The notes under the pieces are model-generated. The model was given only the letters and a program-made list of their open reading frames with translations, was not told where the DNA came from and did no database searches. The position numbers and the translations under genes were made by a program. This document shows, in pieces, positions 29,255 to 38,160 of a stretch of 64,000 bases of DNA. Source of the DNA: Lachnospiraceae bacterium (GTDB lineage Bacteria; Bacillota; Clostridia; Lachnospirales; Lachnospiraceae). Every line of letters starts with the position of its first letter. The stretch's first letter is position 1. Where the stretch lies: contig JAFTPO010000012.1 of the NCBI GenBank assembly GCA_017463225.1, positions 607 through 64,606 on the forward strand, given 5' to 3'.

Positions 29255-30112
29255 ATGATTTCTATTGTTATTCCAGTATACAATGCAGGTAGATATTTGA
29301 TGAGAGCAGTTGATTCGGCCATAATGCAGGAGGGTGTGGAGAAAGAGATTATCATAATTGATGATTGCTCCACTGATGATGGCATAAGTGGCTTGGTCAA
29401 CTTTATGAAGAATGAGTATGGACTGCAGGTTAATCCGCTTTCCGGTATAAGCTTGCAGAGCGGTATGGATTCTGTTTTGGCAGGTATGATAACCGGTGCT
29501 AAGATGACAGATAACAGCGAGGTTGCAAGTGGAACAAAGATATACATTTATAGAAACAGGGAGAACAAGGGTGTAAGCTATACCCGAAATGCGGGAGTTT
29601 TCCTTGCAAAAGGAGAGTATATCGCATATTTGGATGGAGATGACTGGTGGGATAATAACAAGCTTGCTATACAGCTTAAGGCAATGGAGAAGGACGGGAC
29701 AGTTCTATGTTGTACCGCCAGAGCATTATTTAATGAAAAGGAGATAGGTTGGGACAGAATTATTGGAGTTCCAAGAAAAATCACCCTAAAACATCTAGAG
29801 AAGACAAATTATATCAGCTGCTCATCAGTGCTTATGAAAAGAGAGGTAGCCCTTGATTATCCTATGAAGCACGATGATGCCCATGAGGATTACCTGACTT
29901 GGTTAAAGCTCCTTAAGGACTATAAGTTTGTTACAGGTGTGGATCAGCCACTGCTTAAGTATAGGATGAATAAGAGAGGTAAATCAGCCAAGAAACTCAA
30001 GTCCGCTGCTATGACATATAGGACATTCAGGTATGCGGGATATGAGAAAAAGAAAGCTATTTTTATGATGTTTTCTTATATGTTTTATGGAGTGAAAAAG
30101 TATTTAGGATAA
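29255..30112 (+). CDS. family-2 glycosyltransferase
   Basis: ISIVIPVYNAGRYL, IIDDCSTDD, NKGVSYTRNAG, YLDGDDWW. Confidence 0.85.
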   Translation: MISIVIPVYNAGRYLMRAVDSAIMQEGVEKEIIIIDDCSTDDGISGLVNFMKNEYGLQVNPLSGISLQSGMDSVLAGMITGAKMTDNSEVASGTKIYIYRNRENKGVSYTRNAGVFLAKGEYIAYLDGDDWWDNNKLAIQLKAMEKDGTVLCCTARALFNEKEIGWDRIIGVPRKITLKHLEKTNYISCSSVLMKREVALDYPMKHDDAHEDYLTWLKLLKDYKFVTGVDQPLLKYRMNKRGKSAKKLKSAAMTYRTFRYAGYEKKKAIFMMFSYMFYGVKKYLG

Positions 30113-30187
30113 GACAGGACAACCCTATTGTCAAAATCTGAATTTAATATTATAATCACACTATGTATGCATTTAAGGAGGAAGAAA

Positions 30188-31267
30188 ATGAGAACATATT
30201 TAGTAACAGGTGGAGCTGGCTTTATCGGCTCAAATTATATTCACTATATGTTTAAGAAGTATGATAACGAGATTAGAATTATCAATGTAGATGCACTTAC
30301 TTATGCAGGTAACCTTGAGAACTTAAAGGATGTTGAGAATAGAGACAACTATACATTTGTTAAGGCTGATATCTGTGATAAGGAGGCTATCGCAAAGGTT
30401 TTCGCAGAGAATGATATCGACAGAGTAGTGCACTTTGCAGCTGAGTCACATGTTGACAGAAGTATCCGTAACCCAGAGGTTTTCGTGCAGACTAACGTGC
30501 TTGGTACAGCAGTTATGCTTAACTGTGCAAAGGCAGCTTGGGAGCTTCCAGACGGTACATTTAAGGAGGGAAAGAAGTTCCTTCACGTATCAACAGATGA
30601 GGTATACGGTTCACTTCCGGATGATCCAAATGCTTACTTCTATGAGACAACACCATATGACCCACATAGCCCATATTCAGCTAGTAAGGCGTCAAGCGAT
30701 ATGCTTGTAAAGGCTTATATGGACACATATAAGTTCCCTGCAAATATTACTAACTGCAGTAACAACTATGGTCCTTACCAGTTCCCTGAGAAGCTTATAC
30801 CACTTATTATCAATAATGCACTTCAGGGTAAGAAGCTTCCTGTATACGGTGATGGTAAGAATGTTCGTGACTGGCTCTATGTAGAGGATCACGCTAAGGG
30901 AATCGATATGGTTCAGGAGCAGGGTAAGTTATTTGAGACCTACAACATCGGTGGTCACAACGAGAAGCAGAATATCGAGATTATTCATATAATTATCGAT
31001 ACACTTCAGGAGATGCTTCCAGAGGGAGACCCAAGAAAGGCTCTTGTATCAAGAGACTTAATCACATACGTTGAGGACAGAAAGGGTCACGACAGAAGAT
31101 ATGCTATCGCTCCGGATAAGATTAAGGCAGAGGTAGGCTGGTTCCCAGAGACTATGTTCGCAGAGGGTATCAAGAAGACTATTGCCTGGTTCTTCGAGAA
31201 CGAGGAGTGGATGAAGAACGTAACCAGTGGAGATTATCAGAAATATTATTCAGAGATGTATTCATAA
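30188..31267 (+). CDS. rfbB: dTDP-glucose 4,6-dehydratase
   Basis: [42 protein letters not shown] 30188 follows AAGGAGG; the ORF track starts at 30128. Confidence 0.94.
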   Translation: MRTYLVTGGAGFIGSNYIHYMFKKYDNEIRIINVDALTYAGNLENLKDVENRDNYTFVKADICDKEAIAKVFAENDIDRVVHFAAESHVDRSIRNPEVFVQTNVLGTAVMLNCAKAAWELPDGTFKEGKKFLHVSTDEVYGSLPDDPNAYFYETTPYDPHSPYSASKASSDMLVKAYMDTYKFPANITNCSNNYGPYQFPEKLIPLIINNALQGKKLPVYGDGKNVRDWLYVEDHAKGIDMVQEQGKLFETYNIGGHNEKQNIEIIHIIIDTLQEMLPEGDPRKALVSRDLITYVEDRKGHDRRYAIAPDKIKAEVGWFPETMFAEGIKKTIAWFFENEEWMKNVTSGDYQKYYSEMYS

Positions 31268-31284
31268 AAGGAGAAAAACAATCT

Positions 31285-32154
31285 ATGAAGGGAATTATTC
31301 TTGCGGGTGGTTCAGGTACAAGACTGTATCCACTTACTAAGGCAGTATCAAAGCAGATTATGCCTGTATATGACAAGCCTATGATATATTACCCACTTTC
31401 AACTTTGATGTTAGCGGGAATAAGAGAGGTATTGATTATTTCAACACCTAGAGATTTACCTGTATTTGAAGAGCTTTTCGGCACAGGAGAGCAGCTTGGT
31501 ATGAAGTTTTCATATGCTGTTCAGGAGGTGCCTAGAGGACTTGCAGATGCATTTATTATCGGTGAGGAGTTTATCGGTGACGACAGTGTTGCCCTTGTAT
31601 TAGGAGATAACATCTTCTACGGACAGAGCTTCTCTAAGGTTCTTAGAAATGCAGCTTCAAGAGATAAGGGAGCTACAATCTTTGGATACTACGTTAAGGA
31701 TCCGAGAGAGTACGGAGTAGTAGAGTTTGATGAGAACGGTAAGGCGCTTTCCATCGAGGAAAAGCCGGAGAATCCAAAGTCAAATTATGCGGTACCGGGA
31801 CTTTACTTCTATGACAATGATGTAGTAGAGATAGCTAAGAATGTTAAGCCATCAGCCAGAGGCGAGATAGAGATAACAAGTATTAACAATGAGTACCTCA
31901 ACAGAGGAACACTTATGGTTGAGACATTAGGTAGAGGCTTTGCTTGGCTTGACACAGGTAACCACGATATGCTTCTTGATGCAGCAGATTTCGTAGCTGC
32001 CTTCCAGAAGAGACAGGGACTTTATATCTCATGTATAGAGGAGATAGCTTATAAGAGAGGCTTTATCGATAGAGACCAGCTTCTTAAGCTTGCTGAGCCA
32101 CTTATGAAGACTGCCTATGGTCAGTATCTCGTTGACGTGGCTAACGGATTATAA
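31285..32154 (+). CDS. rfbA: glucose-1-phosphate thymidylyltransferase
   Basis: [40 protein letters not shown] 31285 follows AAGGAGA. The ORF-track start at 31207 lies inside rfbB. Confidence 0.94.
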   Translation: MKGIILAGGSGTRLYPLTKAVSKQIMPVYDKPMIYYPLSTLMLAGIREVLIISTPRDLPVFEELFGTGEQLGMKFSYAVQEVPRGLADAFIIGEEFIGDDSVALVLGDNIFYGQSFSKVLRNAASRDKGATIFGYYVKDPREYGVVEFDENGKALSIEEKPENPKSNYAVPGLYFYDNDVVEIAKNVKPSARGEIEITSINNEYLNRGTLMVETLGRGFAWLDTGNHDMLLDAADFVAAFQKRQGLYISCIEEIAYKRGFIDRDQLLKLAEPLMKTAYGQYLVDVANGL

Positions 32155-32157
32155 AAT

Positions 32158-32202
32158 TAAAAGAATGGATATGAGCCTACAGCTCATATCCATTCTTTTT
32201 TA
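32158..32202 (+). terminator. intrinsic terminator of rfbA; its right arm lies inside the convergent UDPGP coding region
   Basis: AAGAATGGATATGAGC 32161-32176 pairs with GCTCATATCCATTCTT 32182-32197, followed by a T-run. Confidence 0.6.
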
Positions 32203-33403
32203 ATAACTCTCTTGCGGTGTCTATAGAATCCACACCTTCTTTATTCTTAACGGGAGCAAATTCCTTCTCTCTATCCACTTCAAATACCAGACAGTCATCC
32301 ATCTCGTGTATTAAGTCAAGTGCAAGAGTTTCGAATTTCAATCCGTTAGGTTCTGTTGGATTGATTAACTCACCATTTTCATCTATATAAGGAACAACTT
32401 TTTTAACCACGTGAAGAGGCATCTTATTATCTAAGGTTTCCTTAAGTCTGCTTATAGGGAAGAGGTAGTTAAGTGTAACTCCGAATCCATAAGCCAGAGA
32501 GCCATCCTCGCTTGTCTGGTATCTCATCTCCTCTGAAAGCTCATAGTATTCTATAATATGTGGCTTCCCGTTTTCCTTACAGATTGCCCCGACCTTCTCC
32601 TCAGGGAAGGCTTTTCTTACAACCTTAGAACCACACATCTTGCCGGATTCTATGGTTGCGCCCAGGAAAACAGGATCTGCAATTCCTTGGAGAACATTGT
32701 CCACAGCGAATACATTTATCCATTCTATGGAGCTGTTAAATATTTCCTTCAATAATCCTGCTCTGTTCATGGAACTAAACCAGCCACCATTTCCGTTTGG
32801 TGATAGTGCCATAGAACAAGGCGAGTTCATTAATACTTTACCATCAAAGTCTGTTGCAGGGTTAAGCTCCTGCACAAAGAAGTGAATATAATCCGGATTG
32901 TAACCGAAGTAATCATGCTCCTTGAAGAAGCTTGTAGTGTCATTATAATTGATATCACTGGTCATAATGTACATATGAATCCAAGCGTCGGCTTCCTTAA
33001 CCACCTTAAGAGTGTGACTCATAAGAAGGCTAAATATAGAAAGCTCGCGGTTAATACCCATATTAAAGCAACCCTTTGGTTTGTCGTGTCCCAGTCTGGT
33101 TCCCTGTCCACCAGCTAATAAAAGCAGACATAGCTTGCCATCCTGAATAGCTTTTATTCCGGTTGCCTTGTAGCTGTCATAAGCTTTGTTTATAGAATCT
33201 ATGGACAGAGCGCCGATAGGTTCTATAACGGAAGTATCGTTATTTTTCTTTTCGTTAATAGAGTCCAGAAAGCTCCAGTCCACATCCATAACCTGCTGAT
33301 AAAGTGTAGCTTTTTCTTCATCATTAAGTGCGTCATAGTATTTTAGTATATGCTCCTGATTTAACCCCTTTAAATGCTGTAATAGTTTTTCCTTCATATT
33401 CAT
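32177..33403 (-). CDS. UDPGP-family nucleotide-sugar pyrophosphorylase (UDP-GlcNAc/UDP-hexose, eukaryote-type UAP/UGP fold)
   Basis: LLLAGGQGTRLGHDKPKG, SPNGNGG, KVVRK..EKVG: UDPGP family signatures. Confidence 0.8.
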   Translation of the reverse strand: MNMKEKLLQHLKGLNQEHILKYYDALNDEEKATLYQQVMDVDWSFLDSINEKKNNDTSVIEPIGALSIDSINKAYDSYKATGIKAIQDGKLCLLLLAGGQGTRLGHDKPKGCFNMGINRELSIFSLLMSHTLKVVKEADAWIHMYIMTSDINYNDTTSFFKEHDYFGYNPDYIHFFVQELNPATDFDGKVLMNSPCSMALSPNGNGGWFSSMNRAGLLKEIFNSSIEWINVFAVDNVLQGIADPVFLGATIESGKMCGSKVVRKAFPEEKVGAICKENGKPHIIEYYELSEEMRYQTSEDGSLAYGFGVTLNYLFPISRLKETLDNKMPLHVVKKVVPYIDENGELINPTEPNGLKFETLALDLIHEMDDCLVFEVDREKEFAPVKNKEGVDSIDTARELLKKNGYEL

Positions 33404-33412
33404 CCCCGCTTA

Positions 33413-34174
33413 TTATATGTTTTTTATGTGTTTTCTTATCCTTAGGGTGTCCTTAAACACCTTTACAATAGTCTTAAATGTCATACGAGACTTTTCTCTG
33501 CGTTCCCTACAGAATTCCAAGGTAATTGGCATCTCGATTATTTTATAGCCCTTTTTGCTGGCAGTTGCCAGAATCTCAATGTCAAATGCAAAGCCGGTTG
33601 TGGTAAGATTCTCGCATATAGGCTTTATAACTTCTGCTTTGAAAAGCTTTATACCGGTTTGAGTGTCCTTAATATTTAGCTTAAACATAAGCTTAAGCAT
33701 AATATAGTACCCAAAGCTCATAATTCTTCTAATCAGCGGATAGTGAAGCTTAGAGTCCTTGTGAAGCTTAGAACCTATGGCTATATGACTGTCAGATGAC
33801 TTAAGTGTATTCAAAAAGTCCTTAAGCATAATAGGTGGAAGCTCTAAGTCTGAATCTAAAAACGCGATGTAATCACCCTGGGCGTACTTTACACCTTCCT
33901 TGATGGCCCCGCCCTTACCCTTGTTTGAAGGGTAGGATACAAACTCAATGTGAGAGTCTTCCTTGGCCGCTTTACGAATTTCTTCGTCTGTAGCATCCTT
34001 GCTTCCATCATTTACCGCGATGATTTTAAAGTCATGGTGAAAGCCTGATACAATACTTGAGGCTTTCAGCAGATTCTCTTTGATATGCTCTGCTTCATTG
34101 TAGGCAGGCATAACAATTACAAGCTCACTTCTTTTATTAAAATCTTTAATTGATGTTGATATTTCTTCTGTCAT
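33413..34174 (-). CDS. family-2 glycosyltransferase (polyprenyl-phosphate glycosyltransferase, DPM1/GtrB-like)
   Basis: VIVMPAYNEAEHI, AVNDGSKDAT, NKGKGGAIKEG, FLDSDLE. ATG 34174 follows TAGGAGT; the ORF track extends to 34246. Confidence 0.85.
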   Translation of the reverse strand: MTEEISTSIKDFNKRSELVIVMPAYNEAEHIKENLLKASSIVSGFHHDFKIIAVNDGSKDATDEEIRKAAKEDSHIEFVSYPSNKGKGGAIKEGVKYAQGDYIAFLDSDLELPPIMLKDFLNTLKSSDSHIAIGSKLHKDSKLHYPLIRRIMSFGYYIMLKLMFKLNIKDTQTGIKLFKAEVIKPICENLTTTGFAFDIEILATASKKGYKIIEMPITLEFCRERREKSRMTFKTIVKVFKDTLRIRKHIKNI

Positions 34175-34456
34175 TATGTTACTCCTAAAATAAAAGGTTG
34201 TCATATTAATGCATGTTATGTCTGAGAACGTATAATATGCCAACAACTTAACAGTATAACATAGAAATAAGACATTTACAATGCTGCAAAGTGACTGAAA
34301 TAAGGGGATTTATAAAGGACGGGGATGTTCAAAAATACATTTATAGGTTGTTTTTTTTAGTCGAATAATGTATTATATACAGATGAATGTTTGTAAACAG
34401 TGATTATTGTAAGTGTATTCCTACAGAAATTATAGGAATTATATGAAAGGATAGTT

Positions 34457-35551
34457 ATGAGTAAGAAAAAGAAAAAGGATAAGAATCCTAATATAAAATG
34501 GGGAATAGCTCTTGTTGTAGAGATTTTTGTTTTGGTATTGATGATTTTAGGATACGGTGCATTCTGGGCAAATACCAAGTTGGATGCTATACAGTATGAG
34601 GAGATAGAGGAAGAAAAGATTGTAAAAAATGAGGGTGCAAACCAGGATCAGGCTGGATATAAGACCATAGCCTTGTTTGGTATAGATTCAAGAAGCACTG
34701 ATGATATGATGGAGGGTAACCGAAGTGATACCATTATGATTGCAAGTATCAACCAGGAGACCTATGAGGTTAGAATAGTTTCTGTGTATAGAGATACAAT
34801 GCTTGAGATAGCAGATGGAAGTGGACTTACTGCCAAGGTTAATGCAGCCTATTCTTATGGCGGACCAGAGCTTGCTATTAATACATTGAATGCGAACCTT
34901 GACCTTGAAATTACAGATTTTGTTACTGTTAATTTCCTTGCCCTCAGCAAGACCATAGATCACTTAGGTGGTATAGTAATACATGTTGAGGACAATGAGC
35001 TTCCTATGCTCAATGCATGTATTACTGAGCAGATAAACATTACAGGTATTTATTCAGAGGGAGTATTCACAACAGGAGATCTTCTTTTGAATGGTACTCA
35101 GGCAACCGGCTATGCAAGAATCAGAAGTACAGACCAGGGTGATATAACAAGAACTGAGAGACAAAGAGATGTATTGAACAAGATGCTAGCAAAGGCAAAA
35201 ACAGCTGATGTTGAAACTCTCGAAAATATTATAGATGACGTTTTCCCAAATGTTTGTACAAGTATTTCAAAGGATGAGATGCTTGCTTTGGCTAAGGCGT
35301 TGCTAGAGTATGAAATGGGACCATCTGTGGGATTCCCATTGGCATATGTGCCTTATGACCATGAGACAAAGGGTTCTATACTTGTGCCTGCAGATTTAAA
35401 TACAAACGTATCTGCACTTCATGAGTTTCTCTTTGGAACTACAAGCTATATGCCATCACAGTCAGTTCAGAATATAAGCGTTAAGCTTCAGACAGAGACT
35501 GGAATATGGGCTCAGGAGATTGATTTGGATTCTATCTTAAATGGACAATGA
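34457..35551 (+). CDS. LytR-CpsA-Psr (LCP) family wall-polymer ligase
   Basis: N-terminal TM segment, then GIDSRS..GNRSDTIM, VSVYRDT, YARIRS..GDITRTERQR. Confidence 0.9.
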   Translation: MSKKKKKDKNPNIKWGIALVVEIFVLVLMILGYGAFWANTKLDAIQYEEIEEEKIVKNEGANQDQAGYKTIALFGIDSRSTDDMMEGNRSDTIMIASINQETYEVRIVSVYRDTMLEIADGSGLTAKVNAAYSYGGPELAINTLNANLDLEITDFVTVNFLALSKTIDHLGGIVIHVEDNELPMLNACITEQINITGIYSEGVFTTGDLLLNGTQATGYARIRSTDQGDITRTERQRDVLNKMLAKAKTADVETLENIIDDVFPNVCTSISKDEMLALAKALLEYEMGPSVGFPLAYVPYDHETKGSILVPADLNTNVSALHEFLFGTTSYMPSQSVQNISVKLQTETGIWAQEIDLDSILNGQ

Positions 35552-35555
35552 TATT

Positions 35556-35592
35556 AAGCCTTCTAATCGTGCCGGATTAGAAGGCTTTTTCT
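35556..35592 (+). terminator. intrinsic terminator
   Basis: AAGCCTTCTAATC pairs with GATTAGAAGGCTT, followed by TTTT. Confidence 0.7.
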
Positions 35593-35733
35593 TTGTTTTG
35601 GAGAGGTGGTTAAGAAATACAGAATTTTTGACGAAATATGCTGAAATTACTTATTTTTTGTATTGATTTTATTCTGTTTACAGTTTAATATGTAAACAGG
35701 GGGGAGTCTGGTTTTTTTAGAAAGGATGATTTT

Positions 35734-36357
35734 ATGAAAAGAACTAGATGTAACAATGAAGGTTTTTCGCTTGTGGAACTTATAATAGTTATAGCTATTA
35801 TGGCTATTTTAGCAGGCGCCATAGCACCAGCGTTAATTAGATACATTGATAAGGCCAGAGCTTCAAGAGCTACGGAAGAGGCTAGAACCATCGTTACAGC
35901 GGTGGAAACTGCCCTTGCAACTAAGGCGGGAGAGGATGCAGACTTTCAGATAGGAGCTACCTTTGTGACTAGTGATGGTACCAGTGTTCAATGTGGTCTT
36001 ATTACAAATTGGATTTTAAGTAAGACACAGTCAGGAGACGAGTTTACGGACCAGGATCCGGAGTATGCGAATTATCTTATATCCAAAGAGATATTGGCTA
36101 ACCTACAGTCCGAGGATTCCAATAATTATATGTTTTTCAATTTTACCGGAAGTGGAAATAATCCTATAGGTATGAGCTGTGGAGAATTCGCCAGCAGATA
36201 TGAGGATTGTCCGGGAGTAATAATTGCATATGGTTCTAACGGAAAGGTAATAATGCTTGAGTACTATAATTATGGATGTCTAATTCATTATGAGAATAAT
36301 GAGTATGAATTTATGGATGATCAGAATAGCTTTATATCATCCAGCAGATTACAGTAG
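35734..36357 (+). CDS. type IV pilin/pseudopilin-like protein (prepilin N-terminal cleavage/methylation domain)
   Basis: The ..NNEG/FSLVELIIVIAIMAILAGAIAP class III signal matches G/F-x-x-x-E. Followed by a 170-aa variable globular domain. Confidence 0.75.
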   Translation: MKRTRCNNEGFSLVELIIVIAIMAILAGAIAPALIRYIDKARASRATEEARTIVTAVETALATKAGEDADFQIGATFVTSDGTSVQCGLITNWILSKTQSGDEFTDQDPEYANYLISKEILANLQSEDSNNYMFFNFTGSGNNPIGMSCGEFASRYEDCPGVIIAYGSNGKVIMLEYYNYGCLIHYENNEYEFMDDQNSFISSSRLQ

Positions 36358-36370
36358 GATAAAATATAAG

Positions 36371-36408
36371 AGGCGACAGAGCTTAATGTAAGCTTTGTCG
36401 CCTTTTTG
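36371..36408. terminator. bidirectional intrinsic terminator
   Basis: AGGCGACAGAGCTT pairs with AAGCTTTGTCGCCT, followed by TTTTT, between convergent genes. Confidence 0.7.
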
Positions 36409-36413
36409 ATATT

Positions 36414-37634
36414 TTATGATGTTAGGTGATTTATATTTGGATAACTAGGAATACCGTCAACATAGCTTAACTGAACCTCTCCCATAACAAGAGGCTTCAG
36501 GTATGTGAGCATATCCTCTGTTACATCGTTTCCAGCTTCGTTTATCCATTCTCTAGGTACTGATTTGGCCTTGTTGGCGATGTCTATTACCGGTGAATGA
36601 GATATCTCATATGAGTATGGCTCATTGCTGGTTCTTCTTATGGTAGTCATAAACTCGCTGTTTCCGTTCTCAACAAATTTAACAGCCATAAGTCCAAGCT
36701 CAAATGCCTCATCAAGGTCTGACTTTGAAGCCATATGGGCAGCGCTTCTCTGGAGTACATTTATCTCCACTGATCTAACCTTAACTCCTACTCTAGAGCT
36801 TACAAGGTTCTCTAAATACTTTCCTGTTCCACTAAGCTGAGCGTGACCAAACTTGTCAGCCACGGCGCTTGTTGCAGATATATAATTACCGTCTTTGTCG
36901 TGTATTCCCTCAGAGACAGCTACGATAACATTTTTCTTATAAGGAAGAAGTCTCTTTATATCCTCTATGAACTCATCTTCATCGAAGTTGGTTTCCGGAA
37001 GATATATGAGGTGAGGAGCTTCGCTAAATTCTGTACGTGCTAAAGCTGATGCAGCAGTAAGCCAGCCTGCGTCACGTCCCATAATTTCAACTATAAGCAC
37101 ACTTTCTATGTCATAAATATATGTGTCATAAGCCATCTCTCGCATAGATGTGGCGATGTACTTAGCGGCAGAACCAAAGCCGGGAGTGTGGTCGGTTACC
37201 ACCAGATCGTTATCTATGGTCTTTGGAATACCTGCGATTTTGATATCACTTCCTATCTTCTTTGCATACTGTGAAAGCTTGTCTACTGTATCCATAGAAT
37301 CATTTCCACCGATGTAGAAGAAGGCTCCTATGTTCATTTCCTCAAAACAATCAAATATGGCATCATAGGTATCCTTGCCATCTTCCATATTTGGAAGCTT
37401 AAATCGGCATGAACCAAGATACATGGCTGGTGACTTGGCAAGCTCTTGGATAAATTTGCTGCTGCTTTGAGTAAGGTCTAAGAATTCCCCCTTAAGTACA
37501 CCCTGAATTCCGTGAACAGATCCATATATTTTGTCAAACTTCTCGCTTTTTATAACCCCATCTATAACACCTGCTAAGGATGCGTTTATGGCAACGGTTG
37601 GCCCGCCTGACTGGGCTACTATACAATTCTTCAT
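36414..37634 (-). CDS. pfp: pyrophosphate-dependent 6-phosphofructokinase (PPi-PFK type)
   Basis: VAQSGGPTVAINASLAG, IGGNDSMDT, GIPKTIDNDL, VEIMGRDAGWL. Length and motifs fit the PFK-A group III/PPi class. Confidence 0.85.
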   Translation of the reverse strand: MKNCIVAQSGGPTVAINASLAGVIDGVIKSEKFDKIYGSVHGIQGVLKGEFLDLTQSSSKFIQELAKSPAMYLGSCRFKLPNMEDGKDTYDAIFDCFEEMNIGAFFYIGGNDSMDTVDKLSQYAKKIGSDIKIAGIPKTIDNDLVVTDHTPGFGSAAKYIATSMREMAYDTYIYDIESVLIVEIMGRDAGWLTAASALARTEFSEAPHLIYLPETNFDEDEFIEDIKRLLPYKKNVIVAVSEGIHDKDGNYISATSAVADKFGHAQLSGTGKYLENLVSSRVGVKVRSVEINVLQRSAAHMASKSDLDEAFELGLMAVKFVENGNSEFMTTIRRTSNEPYSYEISHSPVIDIANKAKSVPREWINEAGNDVTEDMLTYLKPLVMGEVQLSYVDGIPSYPNINHLTS

Positions 37635-37808
37635 AAATAAGTACCTCGTATAAAATATATTTGTGACTGTTTAATATCTGCGACAGAACGCAGATGTTCT
37701 TTAAATCCGTTATAGAATATCACATGATGGTTTATTTTTCTATAATAAACTACAAATTAAGTTGTTTATTTTTGTAAAAAATTTCACAATTTTAAAGGGT
37801 ATAATTTC

Positions 37809-37837
37809 TTGTAAAATACATAGAATTATTATATAAT
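37809..37837 (+). promoter_or_regulatory. sigma-A-type promoter for the rod-shaped RNA
   Basis: TTGTAA 37809-37814, 17-nt spacer, TATAAT 37832-37837. Confidence 0.45.
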
Positions 37838-37844
37838 TAACTTA

Positions 37845-38047
37845 CTTAATTAAGTACCTACATATATCTGGGATGAGCGATATGACTTGGCCACATGATC
37901 CTACAGGACTTAATAGGGAATCCTATATTTGTAAGCAGATGTCAGGCCTCCTTTGTCAGTGGAAGGCAGAAACTTACGTGCGGACACCCACCTAGCATAA
38001 GCTAGGAGTCATACGCCAAGAGACGCCATTCTGGATATATATTTTTT
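37845..38047 (+). ncRNA. candidate 6S-like regulatory RNA (long rod, large central bubble, apical hairpin)
   Basis: 37862-37903 pairs with 38003-38040, about 32 bp including three G.U pairs that exist only on the + strand. Two unpaired strands of 27 and 25 nt flank an apical hairpin at 37931-37977. The 3' arm runs into ATTTTTTG. The glyA promoter lies downstream of it. Confidence 0.4.
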
Positions 38048-38099
38048 GTCTATTTTTCAAAAAAATCGCTGAAATCTTATCCTTTACCGCTTTACCTTG

Positions 38100-38128
38100 T
38101 TGACACAAAAATTTGTATATGAGATAAT
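38100..38128 (+). promoter_or_regulatory. sigma-A-type promoter of glyA
   Basis: TTGACA 38100-38105, 17-nt spacer, GATAAT 38123-38128. Confidence 0.55.
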
Positions 38129-38160
38129 ACACGAAGTATTTTTTATTTGGAGGACGAGAA

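Noticed and set aside
31207-31284. The ORF-track N-terminal extension of rfbA, and similar extensions at 30128 (rfbB), 11216 (carD), 11835 (hydC), 33413-34246 (GT2) and 42265-43080 (SDR).
   Set aside because: The extensions overlap upstream genes or lack an RBS. Internal ATGs with good Shine-Dalgarno sequences give canonical N-termini such as [14 protein letters not shown] and [15 protein letters not shown].
35593-35733. Possible c-di-GMP riboswitch upstream of the pilin gene, as in some clostridia.
   Set aside because: Only a short hairpin (CTGTTTAC with GTAAACAG) is present. I could not find GEMM-I or GEMM-II conserved sequence.
37860-38045. The structured region upstream of glyA might be a ZTP (pfl), THF, T-box or cobalamin-type riboswitch leader.
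   Set aside because: The conserved cores of these classes are not present. There are only loose resemblances such as TGACTTGGCC, AATAGGGAA and GGTGGGTGTCCGCAC on the opposite strand. The element has its own promoter and a T-run terminator. A good glyA promoter (38100-38128) lies downstream of it.
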